DNA of 64,000 bases, taken from the NCBI GenBank assembly GCA_035532455.1, contig DATKRA010000081.1, positions 2,805 to 66,804 on the forward strand, read 5' to 3'. Origin of the DNA: Gaiellaceae bacterium. GTDB lineage: Bacteria; Actinomycetota; Thermoleophilia; Gaiellales; Gaiellaceae. Below, in pieces: positions 36,952 to 50,992 of this stretch. Position 1 is the stretch's first letter; every line of letters starts with the position of its first letter. Under the pieces are notes generated by a model. That model saw only the letters and a program-made list of their open reading frames with translations. It had not been told where the DNA came from and searched no databases. The translations under genes and the position numbers were made by a program.

Positions 36952-38205
36952 ATGTTCGCGTGGCTCGCGAACGCCTGGCGCGTCCCCGAGCTGCGCCGGC
37001 GCGTCATTTTCACCGCTGGTGTTCTCGCCGTCTACAAGTTCGGTTCCTGGCTGCCTGCGCCGGATCTCTCAGCGAACGCGGTCAACAACTCAGGCTCGGG
37101 CACGGGTCTCTCGAGTCTCCTCAACCTCCTGTCGGCCGGCGGCTTCTCGCGTGGGGCGATCTTCTCGGTCGGCATCCAGGCATACGTCACGGCCTCGATC
37201 ATCCTGCAGCTCCTGACGACTGCGATTCCCTCGCTCGAACGGCTGCAGAAGGAGGGCGAGGCCGGTCAGATCAGGATCAACCAGTACTCCCGCTACCTCA
37301 CGGTGGCGCTGGCCGCCTTCACGTCGACCGGGTACGCGTTCCTGTTCAGGAAGGACAACGAGCTTGCGAGCGGGGACGCCGGCCACATGCTCCTTCTCAT
37401 CCTGACGCTCACCGCCGGGGCGGCATTGCTGATGTGGCTCGGCGAGCAGATCACGAAGCGCGGTGTCGGCAATGGGATCTCGATCATCATCGTCGCCTCG
37501 ATCCTCAGCTCCGCCCCGGCCGCGATCAGCGGTTGGCTCAACAGCGACGCGACCGCGCGACTGTTCATGCCGATCGTGATCCTCGCCGTCGTCGTGGCCG
37601 TCGTCTTCGTCATGGAGGGACAGCGACGGATCCCGGTCCAGTACGCGCGACGCCAGCTCGGCGGCCGCGAGTCGGTCGTCAGCACGTCCACGTACATGCC
37701 TCTCAGCGTCAACATGGCAGGCGTCATTCCTGTGATCTTCGCGCTCGCGCCGCTCTCGATCGCGCAGACGATCGGAGGCTTCAAGCCGTCCTGGAACAAC
37801 TGGATCACAGTGAACTTCGGCTTCACGGACTGGAAGTACCTGCTCACCGAAGTCGTCCTGATCTTCACGTTCACGTTCTTCTACACGTCGGTCGTCTTCA
37901 ACCCCGTCGAGCAGGCCGACAACCTCCGGAAGTCCAACGGCTACATCCCGGGGATCCGGCCCGGCCCGCCGACCGCGGCATATCTCGACCGCGTCCTCAC
38001 CCGTCTGACGTTCTTCGGCGCCCTGTTCCTCGCCGCCGTCGCCGTCGCACCGTCGATCTTCGAATCGCAGTTCCACTTCCCGCAGGTCGCGACACGATTC
38101 CTCGGCGGCACCTCGGTGCTGATCGTGGTCGGCGTGGCGCTGACGACGATGCGGCAGATGGAGTCGCAGATGGCGATGCGCCACTACGAAGGCTTCTTGC
38201 GCTAG
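36952..38205 (+). CDS. secY: Preprotein translocase subunit SecY
   Basis: 417 aa, 10 TM pattern. ELRRRVIFTAGVLAVYKFGSWLP, GEQITKRGVGNGISIII, NLRKSNGYIPGIRPG. Confidence 0.97.
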   Translation: MFAWLANAWRVPELRRRVIFTAGVLAVYKFGSWLPAPDLSANAVNNSGSGTGLSSLLNLLSAGGFSRGAIFSVGIQAYVTASIILQLLTTAIPSLERLQKEGEAGQIRINQYSRYLTVALAAFTSTGYAFLFRKDNELASGDAGHMLLLILTLTAGAALLMWLGEQITKRGVGNGISIIIVASILSSAPAAISGWLNSDATARLFMPIVILAVVVAVVFVMEGQRRIPVQYARRQLGGRESVVSTSTYMPLSVNMAGVIPVIFALAPLSIAQTIGGFKPSWNNWITVNFGFTDWKYLLTEVVLIFTFTFFYTSVVFNPVEQADNLRKSNGYIPGIRPGPPTAAYLDRVLTRLTFFGALFLAAVAVAPSIFESQFHFPQVATRFLGGTSVLIVVGVALTTMRQMESQMAMRHYEGFLR

Positions 38206-38793
38206 ATGAACATCCTCGTGCTGGGTCCGCAGGGCTCCGGCAAAGGCACGCAGGCGAAGCGGGTCAAGGCGACCTACGGGATCCCGCACATCGCGACGGG
38301 GGACATGCTCCGCGAGATGCGGGGTATCGACAACGACCTCGGCCGCGAGCTCAGCGAGATCATGGACCGCGGCGACCTCGTGAACGACGAGATGATGGTC
38401 CGCATCATCCGCAGCCGTCTTTCGCGCGGCGACACGCTCGGCGGCTTCGTCCTCGACGGCTTCCCGCGCACGATGGCGCAGGCGGTGGCGCTCGACGAGC
38501 TCCTGCGCGAGCTCGACCGTGAGCTCGACGTCGTCTTCGATTTCCAGGTACCCGACCGCGAGGTGCTGCTGCAGCGGATGCTCCAGCGCGCCGCAGAGGA
38601 GGGCCGGACCGACGACACGCCGGAGGCGATCGAGCGGCGGCTCGAGCTGTACGAGCGCGAGACGGCTCCGCTCATCGACTACTACCGGACGCACCAGGCG
38701 AACGTCGTCGGCATCCACGCCGATCGGAGCGTCGACGAGGTCTTCGAGGAGATCCGGCGCGCGCTCGACTCGGTCGAGGGTCGCGCGGCGTGA
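38206..38793 (+). CDS. adk: Adenylate kinase (short LID, no zinc cysteines)
   Basis: MNILVLGPQGSGKGTQAKRV...HIATGDMLRE...VLDGFPRT. Confidence 0.96.
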   Translation: MNILVLGPQGSGKGTQAKRVKATYGIPHIATGDMLREMRGIDNDLGRELSEIMDRGDLVNDEMMVRIIRSRLSRGDTLGGFVLDGFPRTMAQAVALDELLRELDRELDVVFDFQVPDREVLLQRMLQRAAEEGRTDDTPEAIERRLELYERETAPLIDYYRTHQANVVGIHADRSVDEVFEEIRRALDSVEGRAA

Positions 38794-39554
38794 TCATCCG
38801 GAAGTCCGCCGCCGAGATCGATGGGATCGCGCGCGCCGGCAGGCTCCTCGCCGGGACCCTCGCGCTCGTCGGAGAGCACCTCGAGCCCGGGGTGACGATG
38901 CGCGAGCTCGACCGGATCGCCGACGAGCACCTCGTCGCGAACGGGGCGACGCCGACGTCGAAGGGCTACAAGGGCTTCCCTGCAGCGCTGTGCATCTCGC
39001 CGAACTCGATGGTCGTGCACGGGATCCCGGACGACTACGCCGCGCGCGAGGGCGATCTCATCTCGCTCGACCTCGGCGTGACGCTCGACGGCCTCGTCGC
39101 CGACAGCGCCGTCACGCTTCCGGTCGGGGAGATCTCACCGGAGGCGCAGCAGCTGCTCGACGTGTGCCAGGAGGCGCTCGCCGCCGGCATCGACCAGGCG
39201 CGCGCGGGCAACCATCTCACCGACATCTCGCACGCCGTCCAGGTCGTCGTCGAGGACGCCGGCTTCTCGGTCGTCCGCAGCCTCGTCGGCCACGGCGTCG
39301 GACGCTCGTACCACGAAGACCCGCAGATCCCGAACTACGGCGCTCCGGGCCGCGGCCCCGTGCTCCAGGAGGGGATGACGCTCGCGATCGAGCCGATGAT
39401 CACCGCCGGGGAGCCGGATGTCTACGTGCATGCCGACGAGTGGTCGATCTCGTCCGTCGACGAGTCGCTCGCGGCCCATTTCGAGCACACGGTGGCCATC
39501 ACGGCCGACGGCCCGCGGATTCTGACGGCCGGAAAAGCCCCTTTGCTACGATGA
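38790..39554 (+). CDS. map: Methionine aminopeptidase, type I
   Basis: GTG overlaps the adk stop. ...CISPNSMVVHGIP...GDLISLDLGV...GHGVGRSYHEDPQIPNY...LAIEPM...FEHTVAIT. Confidence 0.96.
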   Translation: MIIRKSAAEIDGIARAGRLLAGTLALVGEHLEPGVTMRELDRIADEHLVANGATPTSKGYKGFPAALCISPNSMVVHGIPDDYAAREGDLISLDLGVTLDGLVADSAVTLPVGEISPEAQQLLDVCQEALAAGIDQARAGNHLTDISHAVQVVVEDAGFSVVRSLVGHGVGRSYHEDPQIPNYGAPGRGPVLQEGMTLAIEPMITAGEPDVYVHADEWSISSVDESLAAHFEHTVAITADGPRILTAGKAPLLR

Positions 39555-39563
39555 CCCTCTTCC

Positions 39564-39584
39564 GCGCACGGCTCAGCCGTGCGC
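39564..39584 (+). terminator. 9-bp GC-rich hairpin between map and infA (possible attenuator or terminator)
   Basis: GCGCACGGC-TCA-GCCGTGCGC, 10 nt after the map stop, followed by GTGTTTACG (weak T content). Confidence 0.35.
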
Positions 39585-39620
39585 GTGTTTACGTCTCAAC
39601 TCCGCTCCACTGAAGGGAAT

Positions 39621-39842
39621 TTGCCTACCAAGGAAGAGAAGATCGAGGTCGAAGGCGAGGTCGTCGAAGCGCTCCCGAGCACGATGTTCCGGGTGCAGCT
39701 CGACGGGGGGCATGCCGTGCTCGCGACCATCTCCGGAAAGATGCGGAAGCACTACATTCGCATCCTTCCGGGGGACAAGGTCAAGGTCGAGCTCAGCCCC
39801 TACGACCTCAGCCGCGGTCGAATCACCTACAGGCACAGGTAA
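39621..39842 (+). CDS. infA: Translation initiation factor IF-1
   Basis: TTG at 39621 after GAAGGGA. (M)[72 protein letters not shown]. Confidence 0.95.
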   Translation: MPTKEEKIEVEGEVVEALPSTMFRVQLDGGHAVLATISGKMRKHYIRILPGDKVKVELSPYDLSRGRITYRHR

Positions 39843-39848
39843 CCACTG

Positions 39849-39962
39849 ATGAAAGTCCGTCCTTCCGTCAAGCCCATGTGCGAGCGCTGCCGCGTCATCA
39901 AGCGGCACGGCACGACCATGGTCATCTGCAGCAATCCCCGTCATAAGCAGAGGCAGGGCTAA
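39849..39962 (+). CDS. rpmJ: 50S ribosomal protein L36 (37 aa; not in the ORF track)
   Basis: Manual translation: [37 protein letters not shown]. Confidence 0.95.
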   Translation: MKVRPSVKPMCERCRVIKRHGTTMVICSNPRHKQRQG

Positions 39963-40337
39963 ATGGCACGCATCGCCGGAGTCAACCTCCCGAACCAGAA
40001 GCGGCTCGAGATCGGGCTCACGTACATCTACGGGATCGGCCAGCCGACGGCGCGCAAGGTCGCGATCGCGCTCGGCCTCGATCCCGACACGAAGATCAAG
40101 GATCTCACCGACGACGAGGTCACGAAGCTCCGCAACTACATCGACACCGAGCTCGAGGTCGAGGGCGACCTCCGGCGCGACCGGCAGCAGGCGATCAAGC
40201 GCCTCTCCGAGATCGGCGCCTACCGCGGGATCCGCCATCGTCGCGGCTTGCCCGTCAACGGACAGCGCACGAAGACGAACGCGCGCAGCCGCAAGGGCGC
40301 GAAGAAGACCGTCGGCCGCGGGAAGAAGGCGAGCTAG
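39963..40337 (+). CDS. rpsM: 30S ribosomal protein S13
   Basis: [26 protein letters not shown]... Confidence 0.98.
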   Translation: MARIAGVNLPNQKRLEIGLTYIYGIGQPTARKVAIALGLDPDTKIKDLTDDEVTKLRNYIDTELEVEGDLRRDRQQAIKRLSEIGAYRGIRHRRGLPVNGQRTKTNARSRKGAKKTVGRGKKAS

Positions 40338-40745
40338 ATGGCGCCACCCCGTAGAGCAGCGGCCACAAAGGGCCGTACGCGCCGCCGCGTCCGGAAGAAC
40401 ATCGCGATCGGCCAGGCGCACATCAAGACGAGCTTCAACAACACCATCGTCGCCCTCACCGACCGCGAGGGGAACGTCATCGCGTGGGAGTCCGCCGGTT
40501 CCGCCGGCTTCAAGGGCTCGCGCAAGTCGACGCCGTTCGCCGCGCAGGTGACGGCCGACGCCGCCGCCCGCAAGGGGATGGAGCACGGCCTCCAGAAGGT
40601 CGAGGTCTTCGTCAAGGGGCCCGGCAGCGGTCGTGAAACCGCGATTCGCTCGCTGCAGGCCGCGGGTCTCGAGATCCTGTCCGTCAAGGACGTCACGCCG
40701 CAGGCGCACAACGGCGTGCGGCCCCGGAAGCGGAGGCGCGTCTAG
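40338..40745 (+). CDS. rpsK: 30S ribosomal protein S11
   Basis: ...[46 protein letters not shown]. Confidence 0.98.
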   Translation: MAPPRRAAATKGRTRRRVRKNIAIGQAHIKTSFNNTIVALTDREGNVIAWESAGSAGFKGSRKSTPFAAQVTADAAARKGMEHGLQKVEVFVKGPGSGRETAIRSLQAAGLEILSVKDVTPQAHNGVRPRKRRRV

Positions 40746-41365
40746 TGGCCCGCGATCTGGGACCGAAGTGCCGCATCTGCCGCCGCGAGGGGATGAAGCT
40801 CTTCCTCAAGGGCGAGCGCTGCCTGACGGAGAAGTGCGCGATCGAGCGCCGCTCGTATCCGCCGGGTGAACACGGCCGCGGCCGCATCAAGCAGAGCGAG
40901 TACCTCCTGCAGCTGCGCGAGAAGCAGAAGGCGCGCCGCTACTACGGCCTGCTCGAGAAGCAGTTCCGCACGTACTACGAAAAGGCCGCGAAGGGCACCG
41001 GCGTGACCGGCGAGGAGCTCCTGCGGATGCTCGAGACCCGGCTCGACAACGTCGTCTACCGGCTCGGCTTCGCCGCCTCCCGGGCGCAGGCTCGTCAGCT
41101 CGTCCGCCACGGCCACTTCCACGTCAACGGCCGCCGGGTCAACATCCCGAGCTACCAGGTGCGGCCGAACGACATCGTCACCGTGCCGCCGAACTCGTCC
41201 GCGCAGCAGGTGATTCGCGACGCAACCGATCTCGTCTCGACGGTGGCTCCCTGGCTTCAGGCCGATCACGACGGGCTAACGGGCAAGGTGCTGAAGCAGC
41301 CCGAGCGCGCCGAGATCGACACGCCTGTCCAGGAGCAGCTCATCGTCGAGCTCTACTCGAAGTAA
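40745..41365 (+). CDS. rpsD: 30S ribosomal protein S4 (Cys4 form)
   Basis: GTG start. [43 protein letters not shown]... Confidence 0.97.
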   Translation: MARDLGPKCRICRREGMKLFLKGERCLTEKCAIERRSYPPGEHGRGRIKQSEYLLQLREKQKARRYYGLLEKQFRTYYEKAAKGTGVTGEELLRMLETRLDNVVYRLGFAASRAQARQLVRHGHFHVNGRRVNIPSYQVRPNDIVTVPPNSSAQQVIRDATDLVSTVAPWLQADHDGLTGKVLKQPERAEIDTPVQEQLIVELYSK

Positions 41366-41382
41366 CGGAAAGAGGGAGTTTT

Positions 41383-42372
41383 TTGGCAACTAGAGAGATG
41401 AACTTCCAGATCCCCAAGATCGTCCACGAGGATGTCGACGATCACCGCGGGGTCTTCGCAATCGAGCCGCTCGACCGCGGCTTCGGCTACACGTTCGGCA
41501 ACTCGCTCCGGCGCGTGCTCCTCTCGTCGCTCGAGGGCGCAGCGGTCACCTCGGTCAAGGTCGAGGGGACGGCGCACGAGTTCACGACGCTGCCGGGCGT
41601 CCGCGAGGACGTGACCGACATCATCCTCAACCTCAAGAACCTCATCGCGCGGCTCCATGGCGAGTCGCCCGAGATCGAGGTGCACATCGCAAAGAAGGGC
41701 CCGGGCGTCGTCACGGCCGCCGACATCGAGGCGCCGGCGGATCTCGAGATCCTCAACCCCGAGCTCGAGATCGCGAACCTGTCCGACAAGGGCCGGCTCG
41801 AGATCACGCTGACGATCGGTCGCGGCCGCGGCTACGCGCCGGCGGACATGAACCGCGGCTCGCAGCACACGATCGGCGTCATTCCGATGGATTCGATCTT
41901 CTCGCCGGTGCGCCGCGTCGCGTACCAGGTCGAGGCGGCCCGCGTCGGCCAGCGCACCGACTACGACAAGCTGACGATCGACATCACGACCGACGGCTCG
42001 GTCGATCCGAAGGACGCGCTCGGCGAGGCGGCCGAGATCCTCATCCGCCAGCTCGCGATCTTCACCGACCTCGATCGCATCGAGGGCTTCGGCGAGGCCG
42101 CCCCGGTCGACGGCGGCGCGACGCCCGAGACCGCGCTCGCGCACGGGATGGAGAACTTCCCGATCGAGGAACTCGAGCTCGGGGTCCGCTCGTACAACTG
42201 CCTCAAGCGGGTCGGGATCGAGACGATCGGCGACCTCGTGATGAAGAGCGAGCAGGAGCTGGCCGCGATCCCGAACTTCGGCAAGAAGTCGATCGAGGAG
42301 GTGCGCGACACGCTCGCGCAGCACGGCCTCCACCTGCGCGGCGAGAACGGCTCCGGCGGGTTCGCGGAGTAA
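41383..42372 (+). CDS. rpoA: DNA-directed RNA polymerase subunit alpha
   Basis: TTG at 41383 lies 4 nt after AGAGGGAG (alternative ATG at 41398). ...FAIEPLDRGFGYTFGNSLRRVLLSSLEGAAVT...; C-terminal domain ELGVRSYNCLKRVGIETIGDLV. Confidence 0.97.
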   Translation: MATREMNFQIPKIVHEDVDDHRGVFAIEPLDRGFGYTFGNSLRRVLLSSLEGAAVTSVKVEGTAHEFTTLPGVREDVTDIILNLKNLIARLHGESPEIEVHIAKKGPGVVTAADIEAPADLEILNPELEIANLSDKGRLEITLTIGRGRGYAPADMNRGSQHTIGVIPMDSIFSPVRRVAYQVEAARVGQRTDYDKLTIDITTDGSVDPKDALGEAAEILIRQLAIFTDLDRIEGFGEAAPVDGGATPETALAHGMENFPIEELELGVRSYNCLKRVGIETIGDLVMKSEQELAAIPNFGKKSIEEVRDTLAQHGLHLRGENGSGGFAE

Positions 42373-42382
42373 GGAAGACCGA

Positions 42383-42745
42383 ATGCGTCACGCAAGAACA
42401 GGCAAGAAGCTCGGCCGCGACTCGTCGCACCGGAAGGCGCTGTACTCGAACCTGACGTGCTCGCTCATCGAGCACGGCCGGATCCGCACCACCGAGGCGA
42501 AGGCGAAGGCCGTCAAGCCGTTCGCCGAGCAGATGATCACGCTCGGCCGGCGCGGCGACCTCCACGCGCGCCGTCAGGCGCTCGCCGAGCTCCGGTCCCA
42601 GGAGGTCGTCCACAAGCTGTTCGCCGACGTCGGCCCGCGGATGGCCGACCGTCCGGGCGGCTACTCGCGCATCGTCAAGCTCGGCCACCGCCAGGGCGAC
42701 GCAGCCGAGATGGTCTTCCTCGAGCTCGTCGACTTCGAGCCGTAG
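42383..42745 (+). CDS. rplQ: 50S ribosomal protein L17
   Basis: MRHARTGKKLGRDSSHRKALYSNL...GGYSRIVKLGHRQGDAAEMVFLELV. Confidence 0.98.
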   Translation: MRHARTGKKLGRDSSHRKALYSNLTCSLIEHGRIRTTEAKAKAVKPFAEQMITLGRRGDLHARRQALAELRSQEVVHKLFADVGPRMADRPGGYSRIVKLGHRQGDAAEMVFLELVDFEP

Positions 42746-42896
42746 GACCTGTCCTGGCGGGACACGTCCGGTGTCTGACACCGGACGTGTCGGATACGGA
42801 CATGTCCGAACGCCTGCAATCGCCCGAGAACGGCTGTTCCACGCGGAAAGACATGTCCAATCTGGACCTGTCCGGTGTCAGACAACGGACGTGTCC
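42745..42896. repeat. Array of seven GGACNTGTCC-type palindromic motifs, including a perfect 31-bp palindrome and a second 85%-identical unit 104 bp downstream
   Basis: Motifs at 42745, 42760, 42783, 42798, 42849, 42864 and 42887. Perfect palindrome 42761-42791 (GACACGTCCGGTGTC-T-GACACCGGACGTGTC). Unit 2 at 42864-42896. 12-bp palindrome CGGACATGTCCG at 42797-42808. The array lies between the convergent stops of rplQ and the VIT gene. Confidence 0.85.
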
Positions 42897-42923
42897 GTTG
42901 CGGCCATGGTCGCGGGTCGTTTC

Positions 42924-43442
42924 TCAGCCGCCGGGCGTGCCGAGCAGCGAGCCGAGGCCGGCGCTGATCCCGGCGATGATCATTCCGGCGAACGTGACGA
43001 TGCCGAGGGCGCGGACGAACGTGTCGGAGAAGAACTTCCACCGCAGGTAGGCGAGCGTCAGGAGCTCGACTCCGACGATCGCGATGGCGAAGGACAGGGC
43101 GAGGTGGTAGTTCGAGATGAGAAATGGCAGCGAGTGGAGGATGCCGCCGAGGAACGTGCCGCCGCCCGTGATCGAGCCTCGGACCCACGGGTTGCCGCGT
43201 CCGGTGAGCTCGCCCGTGTCGGAAAGCGCCTCGGAGAAGCCCATGCTCACGGCTGCACCCATCGACGTTGCGAGGCCGGCGATGAAGGCGTACCGCGTGT
43301 CGTGCGAGGCGAGCACGACTGCAAAGATCGGGGCGAGCGTGGAGAGCGACCCGTCGATGAGCCCGACCATCGCCGGCTGCACGCGCTGGAGCAGAAAGCG
43401 ATGCTCGTGATGGGGTTCAGTCATCGACGTAGAGTGTATCAA
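42924..43442 (-). CDS. VIT1/CCC1-like (DUF125) membrane protein, putative Fe/Mn transporter
   Basis: 172 aa with about 5 hydrophobic segments. GLIDGSLSTLAPIFAVVL and GAAVSMGFSEALSDTGE resemble the VIT-family GxNDGxxS / SMxxGEYxS motifs. The start could be the internal MTEPHH. Confidence 0.6.
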   Translation of the reverse strand: MIHSTSMTEPHHEHRFLLQRVQPAMVGLIDGSLSTLAPIFAVVLASHDTRYAFIAGLATSMGAAVSMGFSEALSDTGELTGRGNPWVRGSITGGGTFLGGILHSLPFLISNYHLALSFAIAIVGVELLTLAYLRWKFFSDTFVRALGIVTFAGMIIAGISAGLGSLLGTPGG

Positions 43443-43503
43443 GCGAGATGCAAGTTGTTAGAGCATAAGGAAGTCCTGACAAACTCAGTCAGGGCTGCCT
43501 GAC

Positions 43504-44220
43504 GTGCGCCTCATCCTGACGCTCGAGTACGACGGTACGCCCTTCAACGGCTGGGCGGCGCAGCCCGGGCTCCCGACGGTCGAGGCGGCGCTGCGGCAGG
43601 CGCTCGCAGAGACGTTCTCCTCGGTGGAGAACCTCGCCGTTGCCGGGCGGACGGACTCCGGCGTCCATGCGCTCGGCCAGGTCGTCTCCGTCGAAGTCGA
43701 AGGCGGTCCGCCTCCGGAGCGCGCCGCGAGTGCGCTCAACCCGCGCCTCCCCGAAGAGATCAGCGTGACGAGCGCGGCCGAGACGACACAGGACTTCCAC
43801 GCGCGCCACTCCGCGCGCTCGCGCAGCTACCGCTACCGCCTGTTCACGCGGGCGACGCCCAGCCCGTTCGAGACGCGCCGGAGCTGGTGGGTGCCGCGCC
43901 CGCTCGACGAGACCGCGCTTCGTGCCGCGGCTGCTGCGCTCGTCGGCAAGCACGACTTTCGGGCCTTCACGCCGACGCAGACGAAGCACGAGGTCTTCGT
44001 CCGGATCGTCGAGCGGGCGGAATGGATCCGGCGCGGCGACCACCTCGACTTCGAGATCACGGCGAACAGCTACCTCCGCCACATGGTGCGGAGCCTCGTC
44101 GGGACGATGCTCGAGGCTCCGGAGACGGTCGCGGGCCTGCTCGACGGGAGGCCGCGCTCCGAGGCCGGCGCGACGGCGCCGCCGTGGGGGCTCTACCTCG
44201 TCTCAGTCGCCTACGAGTAG
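43504..44220 (+). CDS. truA: tRNA pseudouridine(38-40) synthase TruA
   Basis: GTG start. [22 protein letters not shown]...[15 protein letters not shown]...[13 protein letters not shown]. Position after rplQ is conserved in many bacteria. Confidence 0.93.
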   Translation: MRLILTLEYDGTPFNGWAAQPGLPTVEAALRQALAETFSSVENLAVAGRTDSGVHALGQVVSVEVEGGPPPERAASALNPRLPEEISVTSAAETTQDFHARHSARSRSYRYRLFTRATPSPFETRRSWWVPRPLDETALRAAAAALVGKHDFRAFTPTQTKHEVFVRIVERAEWIRRGDHLDFEITANSYLRHMVRSLVGTMLEAPETVAGLLDGRPRSEAGATAPPWGLYLVSVAYE

Positions 44221-46374
44221 AAACGTCGCGATCTCGCCCGGCGCCAGCTCGAGCCCGCCGTCCACGCTCTCCTCCTCGTCCAGCCGGATCCGGCGTGCGG
44301 GGACGCTCGGCGTCACGGTCTCGGGCTGCGGGTTCGGGTTGAAGACGCGCAAGACCACGCCGTGCCCGTCCTCGGCCTGCTTCAGACACGAGAAGACGAC
44401 GTCGCCCTCGATCTCGAGCGGAGCCTCGACCGGATCGCCCCGGAGGAAGTCCGTTCGATAATCCTGGCTCGCACGGACGAGGGCTGCGTTCGACAACTCG
44501 TAGCCGTCGAAGCGGAGCGCATACTCGAGGATGTGGCGGCCACGGCACTGGCCGTCGGGGGTCGCGATGTCAGGCCCGGCCGCGCGTGGCCGCGTCGGCA
44601 TGCCCGCCGGCCGCGAGATCGTGCCGACGCAGCGGAGCAGGGTCAGCCGCAGACCTTCCGCAGACGCCTCGTACTCCGGCAGCCCCTTCGTCAGTAGGAC
44701 GAGCTGCCCGAGCGCGACGGCCCCGAGCGTGTGTGCCGTCGGCACCGGCGGCTCGACCCAGTCTGCGCGCGGAGGCGGCGGCGCGAGCGGACGGCGGACG
44801 ACGGCGAACTGACTTTCGGCACGCACTGCGTCTGCGCCGTCTTCCGACCGGATGAAGACGCGGAGCCGGTGGTCGTCCGCCTCGTTCTCGACCACGGTTG
44901 TCAGCTCGATGCGGTCCGTTCCCGGGACGGCTCGGATCGTCGTCTCGATCCGAACTCCGGGCAGCTCGTGCTCGAGCACGACTGCGCCTCCCACGTTCCA
45001 CGAGGAGACGAGCTCGGCCGTTCGCACGGTCCCGCCCGGGCAGAACGTGTAGAGATCACCGACGTCGGGCTCGTCTTCGAACGCGAGCAGCTCGGCAATC
45101 GGAGCGGGCGGCACGAGCGGTTTCCCCCCGGTCAGGGGCTCGGGCCGCCGGGCGGAGAAGCCCTCCAGCTCGACGATCTCGCCGTCGGCCTCCCGACGTC
45201 GCCGGTACGGAAGCGTGTTCACGAAGGCGCCTCCGACTCCGAGCGCCTCGCGCTCCACGTACTCGAGTGCACGGTCGAGCTGCTCGTACCGGACGAGCAT
45301 GTCCCGGTGCACCTCGTCGCACGAGCAGCCGCAGATCGAGTCGTGCGGGTGGTTGCGGAGCAGGTCGCGCCAGGCGAGACGCAGGTCGGCCGCCGGATAC
45401 GCGTCTCCGTCACGCAGTGTCCGCAGTGCGGCCGCCGTCTCGATCGCGAGCAGCCGCCGCTCCGCCCGCTCGTTCGCCTGTTTGAGGTAGATCCGCGCGG
45501 AGTTGACGCCGCGCAGGACGTTCTGGAGCCGGCTGCCGACGAGCTCCCCTTCGTGCACGGGGAGCCCGGCCGCCGGCGCCGCGTAGTCGTCGTAGCGGCC
45601 GATCCGGATCGACGCGTCGAGGCTCTCCGCGAGACCTGCGACGATCTCGGGCAGCTCCGGCTCGATCGGCAGGTGGTCGGAGCCGTTCGCGAGCACGATC
45701 GTGTCCTGGCCGGCGCCGCGCAGCACCTCGCCGAACGCCTCGACGATCGCTCGTACGCGCTCCTCCGCGTCGTGATACCACGTCAGGCGCGCGAAGTTGT
45801 CGTAGTGCGGGAGCATCTGGCATGCAACGACCTCGGCCGGCCCGGCGCGCCAGCGGAAGACGACGCCGACGTCGTCGACCTCGTCGCCCATGCCGCGGGA
45901 GAAGAGGAGGGTGCGGATGCCGAAACCGGCGAGGACCTGCGGGAGCTGCGCGGGATGGCCGAAGCTGTCGGGCATGTAGCCGGCCCCGCTCGGTCCGACG
46001 CCGAAGCGGCGGCAGACCCGTCGTCCGAGCAGGAGGTTGCGAACGAGCGACTCGCCGCCGACGAGGATCTCGTCGGGCAGGACGTACGACGGGCCTGCCT
46101 CGAGACGTCCCGCCGCCAGCAGCGATCGCAGCCGCGCCTCGTTCTCCGGCCGCACCTCGAGGTAGTCCTCGAGCACGATCGCCTGGCCGTCGAGCGTGAA
46201 CGAGGTGAACGACGCGTCGCGCTCGAGCGTTTCGAGGACGCCGTCGACGACCGCGCCGAGCCGTAGCCGGAACTGCTCGAAGGGCAGATACCACTCGCGG
46301 TCCCAGTGCGTGTGCGGGACGACGAGGTACCGGAAGTCCGACGCCGCAGCCACCACCCGAGACCCTACTGGCAC
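44203..46374 (-). CDS. Glycoside hydrolase family 38-like protein (alpha-mannosidase family, short form)
   Basis: N-terminal [21 protein letters not shown] and [12 protein letters not shown] are GH38 catalytic-domain signatures. 723 aa. The start is uncertain (GTG at 46374, or GTGs at 46356/46353). The 3' end overlaps truA by 18 nt. Confidence 0.75.
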   Translation of the reverse strand: MPVGSRVVAAASDFRYLVVPHTHWDREWYLPFEQFRLRLGAVVDGVLETLERDASFTSFTLDGQAIVLEDYLEVRPENEARLRSLLAAGRLEAGPSYVLPDEILVGGESLVRNLLLGRRVCRRFGVGPSGAGYMPDSFGHPAQLPQVLAGFGIRTLLFSRGMGDEVDDVGVVFRWRAGPAEVVACQMLPHYDNFARLTWYHDAEERVRAIVEAFGEVLRGAGQDTIVLANGSDHLPIEPELPEIVAGLAESLDASIRIGRYDDYAAPAAGLPVHEGELVGSRLQNVLRGVNSARIYLKQANERAERRLLAIETAAALRTLRDGDAYPAADLRLAWRDLLRNHPHDSICGCSCDEVHRDMLVRYEQLDRALEYVEREALGVGGAFVNTLPYRRRREADGEIVELEGFSARRPEPLTGGKPLVPPAPIAELLAFEDEPDVGDLYTFCPGGTVRTAELVSSWNVGGAVVLEHELPGVRIETTIRAVPGTDRIELTTVVENEADDHRLRVFIRSEDGADAVRAESQFAVVRRPLAPPPPRADWVEPPVPTAHTLGAVALGQLVLLTKGLPEYEASAEGLRLTLLRCVGTISRPAGMPTRPRAAGPDIATPDGQCRGRHILEYALRFDGYELSNAALVRASQDYRTDFLRGDPVEAPLEIEGDVVFSCLKQAEDGHGVVLRVFNPNPQPETVTPSVPARRIRLDEEESVDGGLELAPGEIATFLLVGD

Positions 46375-46391
46375 GTGGTTACGATCGAGCC

Positions 46392-50228
<3,837 letters not shown>

Positions 50229-50250
50229 CTCGCCTAGTCTCGCTCGCAGC

Positions 50251-50883
50251 TCAGACGATCCCCGACCGCACGGCGTACACCGCGGCCTGGATCCGGTTGT
50301 CGATCTGGAGCTTCATGAGGATGTTCGAGATGTGGTTCTTGACCGTCTTCGGGCTGATGTGGAGCTCGGCTGCGATGAGGGCGTTGTCCTGGCCGTTCGC
50401 GATGAGCTTCAGCACCTCGATCTCGCGCTCGGAGAGCTCGGTGCGGATGAGCGCCTCGATTCCCGAGTTCGCGCTCGTCGCGCGGAGGCGCTGGAGCACC
50501 TTGCCGGCGATGTGCGGGGAGATGAGCGCCTCGCCGCGCGCCGCGGCCCGAATCCCCGCGACGAGCTCCTCGATCGAGGAATCCTTCAGGAGATATCCGC
50601 ACGCGCCGGCGAGGATCGCATCGGTGACGTCGCTGTCCTCGTCGGAGACGGTCAGCATCACGACCCGCGTCAGTGGTGCGATCTCCGCGATGTGCCGGGT
50701 CGCCTCGACGCCGCCCATCCCCGGCATGTTGAGATCCATCACGACGACGTCGGGCGAGAGGTCGGCGACCTGCGCGACCGCCTCGGCTCCGGTGGCCGCC
50801 TCGCCGACGATCTCGAGCTCCTGCTCCTCGAGGAGGCTCCGCAGGCCGGTGCGGAACAGATCCTGGTCGTCGACGAGGAGCAC
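50251..50883 (-). CDS. NarL/FixJ (LuxR)-family response regulator; no adjacent histidine kinase
   Basis: GTG start. Receiver LLVDDQDL...VVVMDLNMPGMGG...MLTVSD...YLLKD. C-terminal LuxR HTH LSEREIEVLKLIANGQDNALIAAELHISPKTVKNHISNILMKL. Confidence 0.92.
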   Translation of the reverse strand: MLLVDDQDLFRTGLRSLLEEQELEIVGEAATGAEAVAQVADLSPDVVVMDLNMPGMGGVEATRHIAEIAPLTRVVMLTVSDEDSDVTDAILAGACGYLLKDSSIEELVAGIRAAARGEALISPHIAGKVLQRLRATSANSGIEALIRTELSEREIEVLKLIANGQDNALIAAELHISPKTVKNHISNILMKLQIDNRIQAAVYAVRSGIV

Positions 50884-50992
50884 GCGAAGCGTCTCCGCCG
50901 ATCGCGTCTCCTCCTCCGTTCCGATGTGCGTCGCTACCGCCGAACCCCCTTCCGCCCGGCGAAGTGTAGACCTAGGAGGAAGTGCCGACCTA

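Noticed and set aside
42760-42792. Assignment of the palindromes to a known operator (DosR/NarL box, PafBC/RecA-NDp motif, LexA box)
   Set aside because: Only loose half-site resemblance. The spacing differs from the published consensus sequences as I recall them, and the location between convergent 3' ends is not a promoter.
42745-42896. CRISPR array or transposon terminal inverted repeats as an explanation for the GGAC...GTCC repeats
   Set aside because: The units are 10-33 bp palindromes with irregular spacing. No spacer-repeat periodicity is present, and there are no cas or transposase genes and no flanking target duplications.
42771-43502. ORFs starting MSDTGRV on both strands (42771..43502 plus; 42203..42781 minus)
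   Set aside because: Both start inside the palindrome, hence the identical N-termini. They run antisense to the VIT gene and rplQ respectively, and have junk composition.
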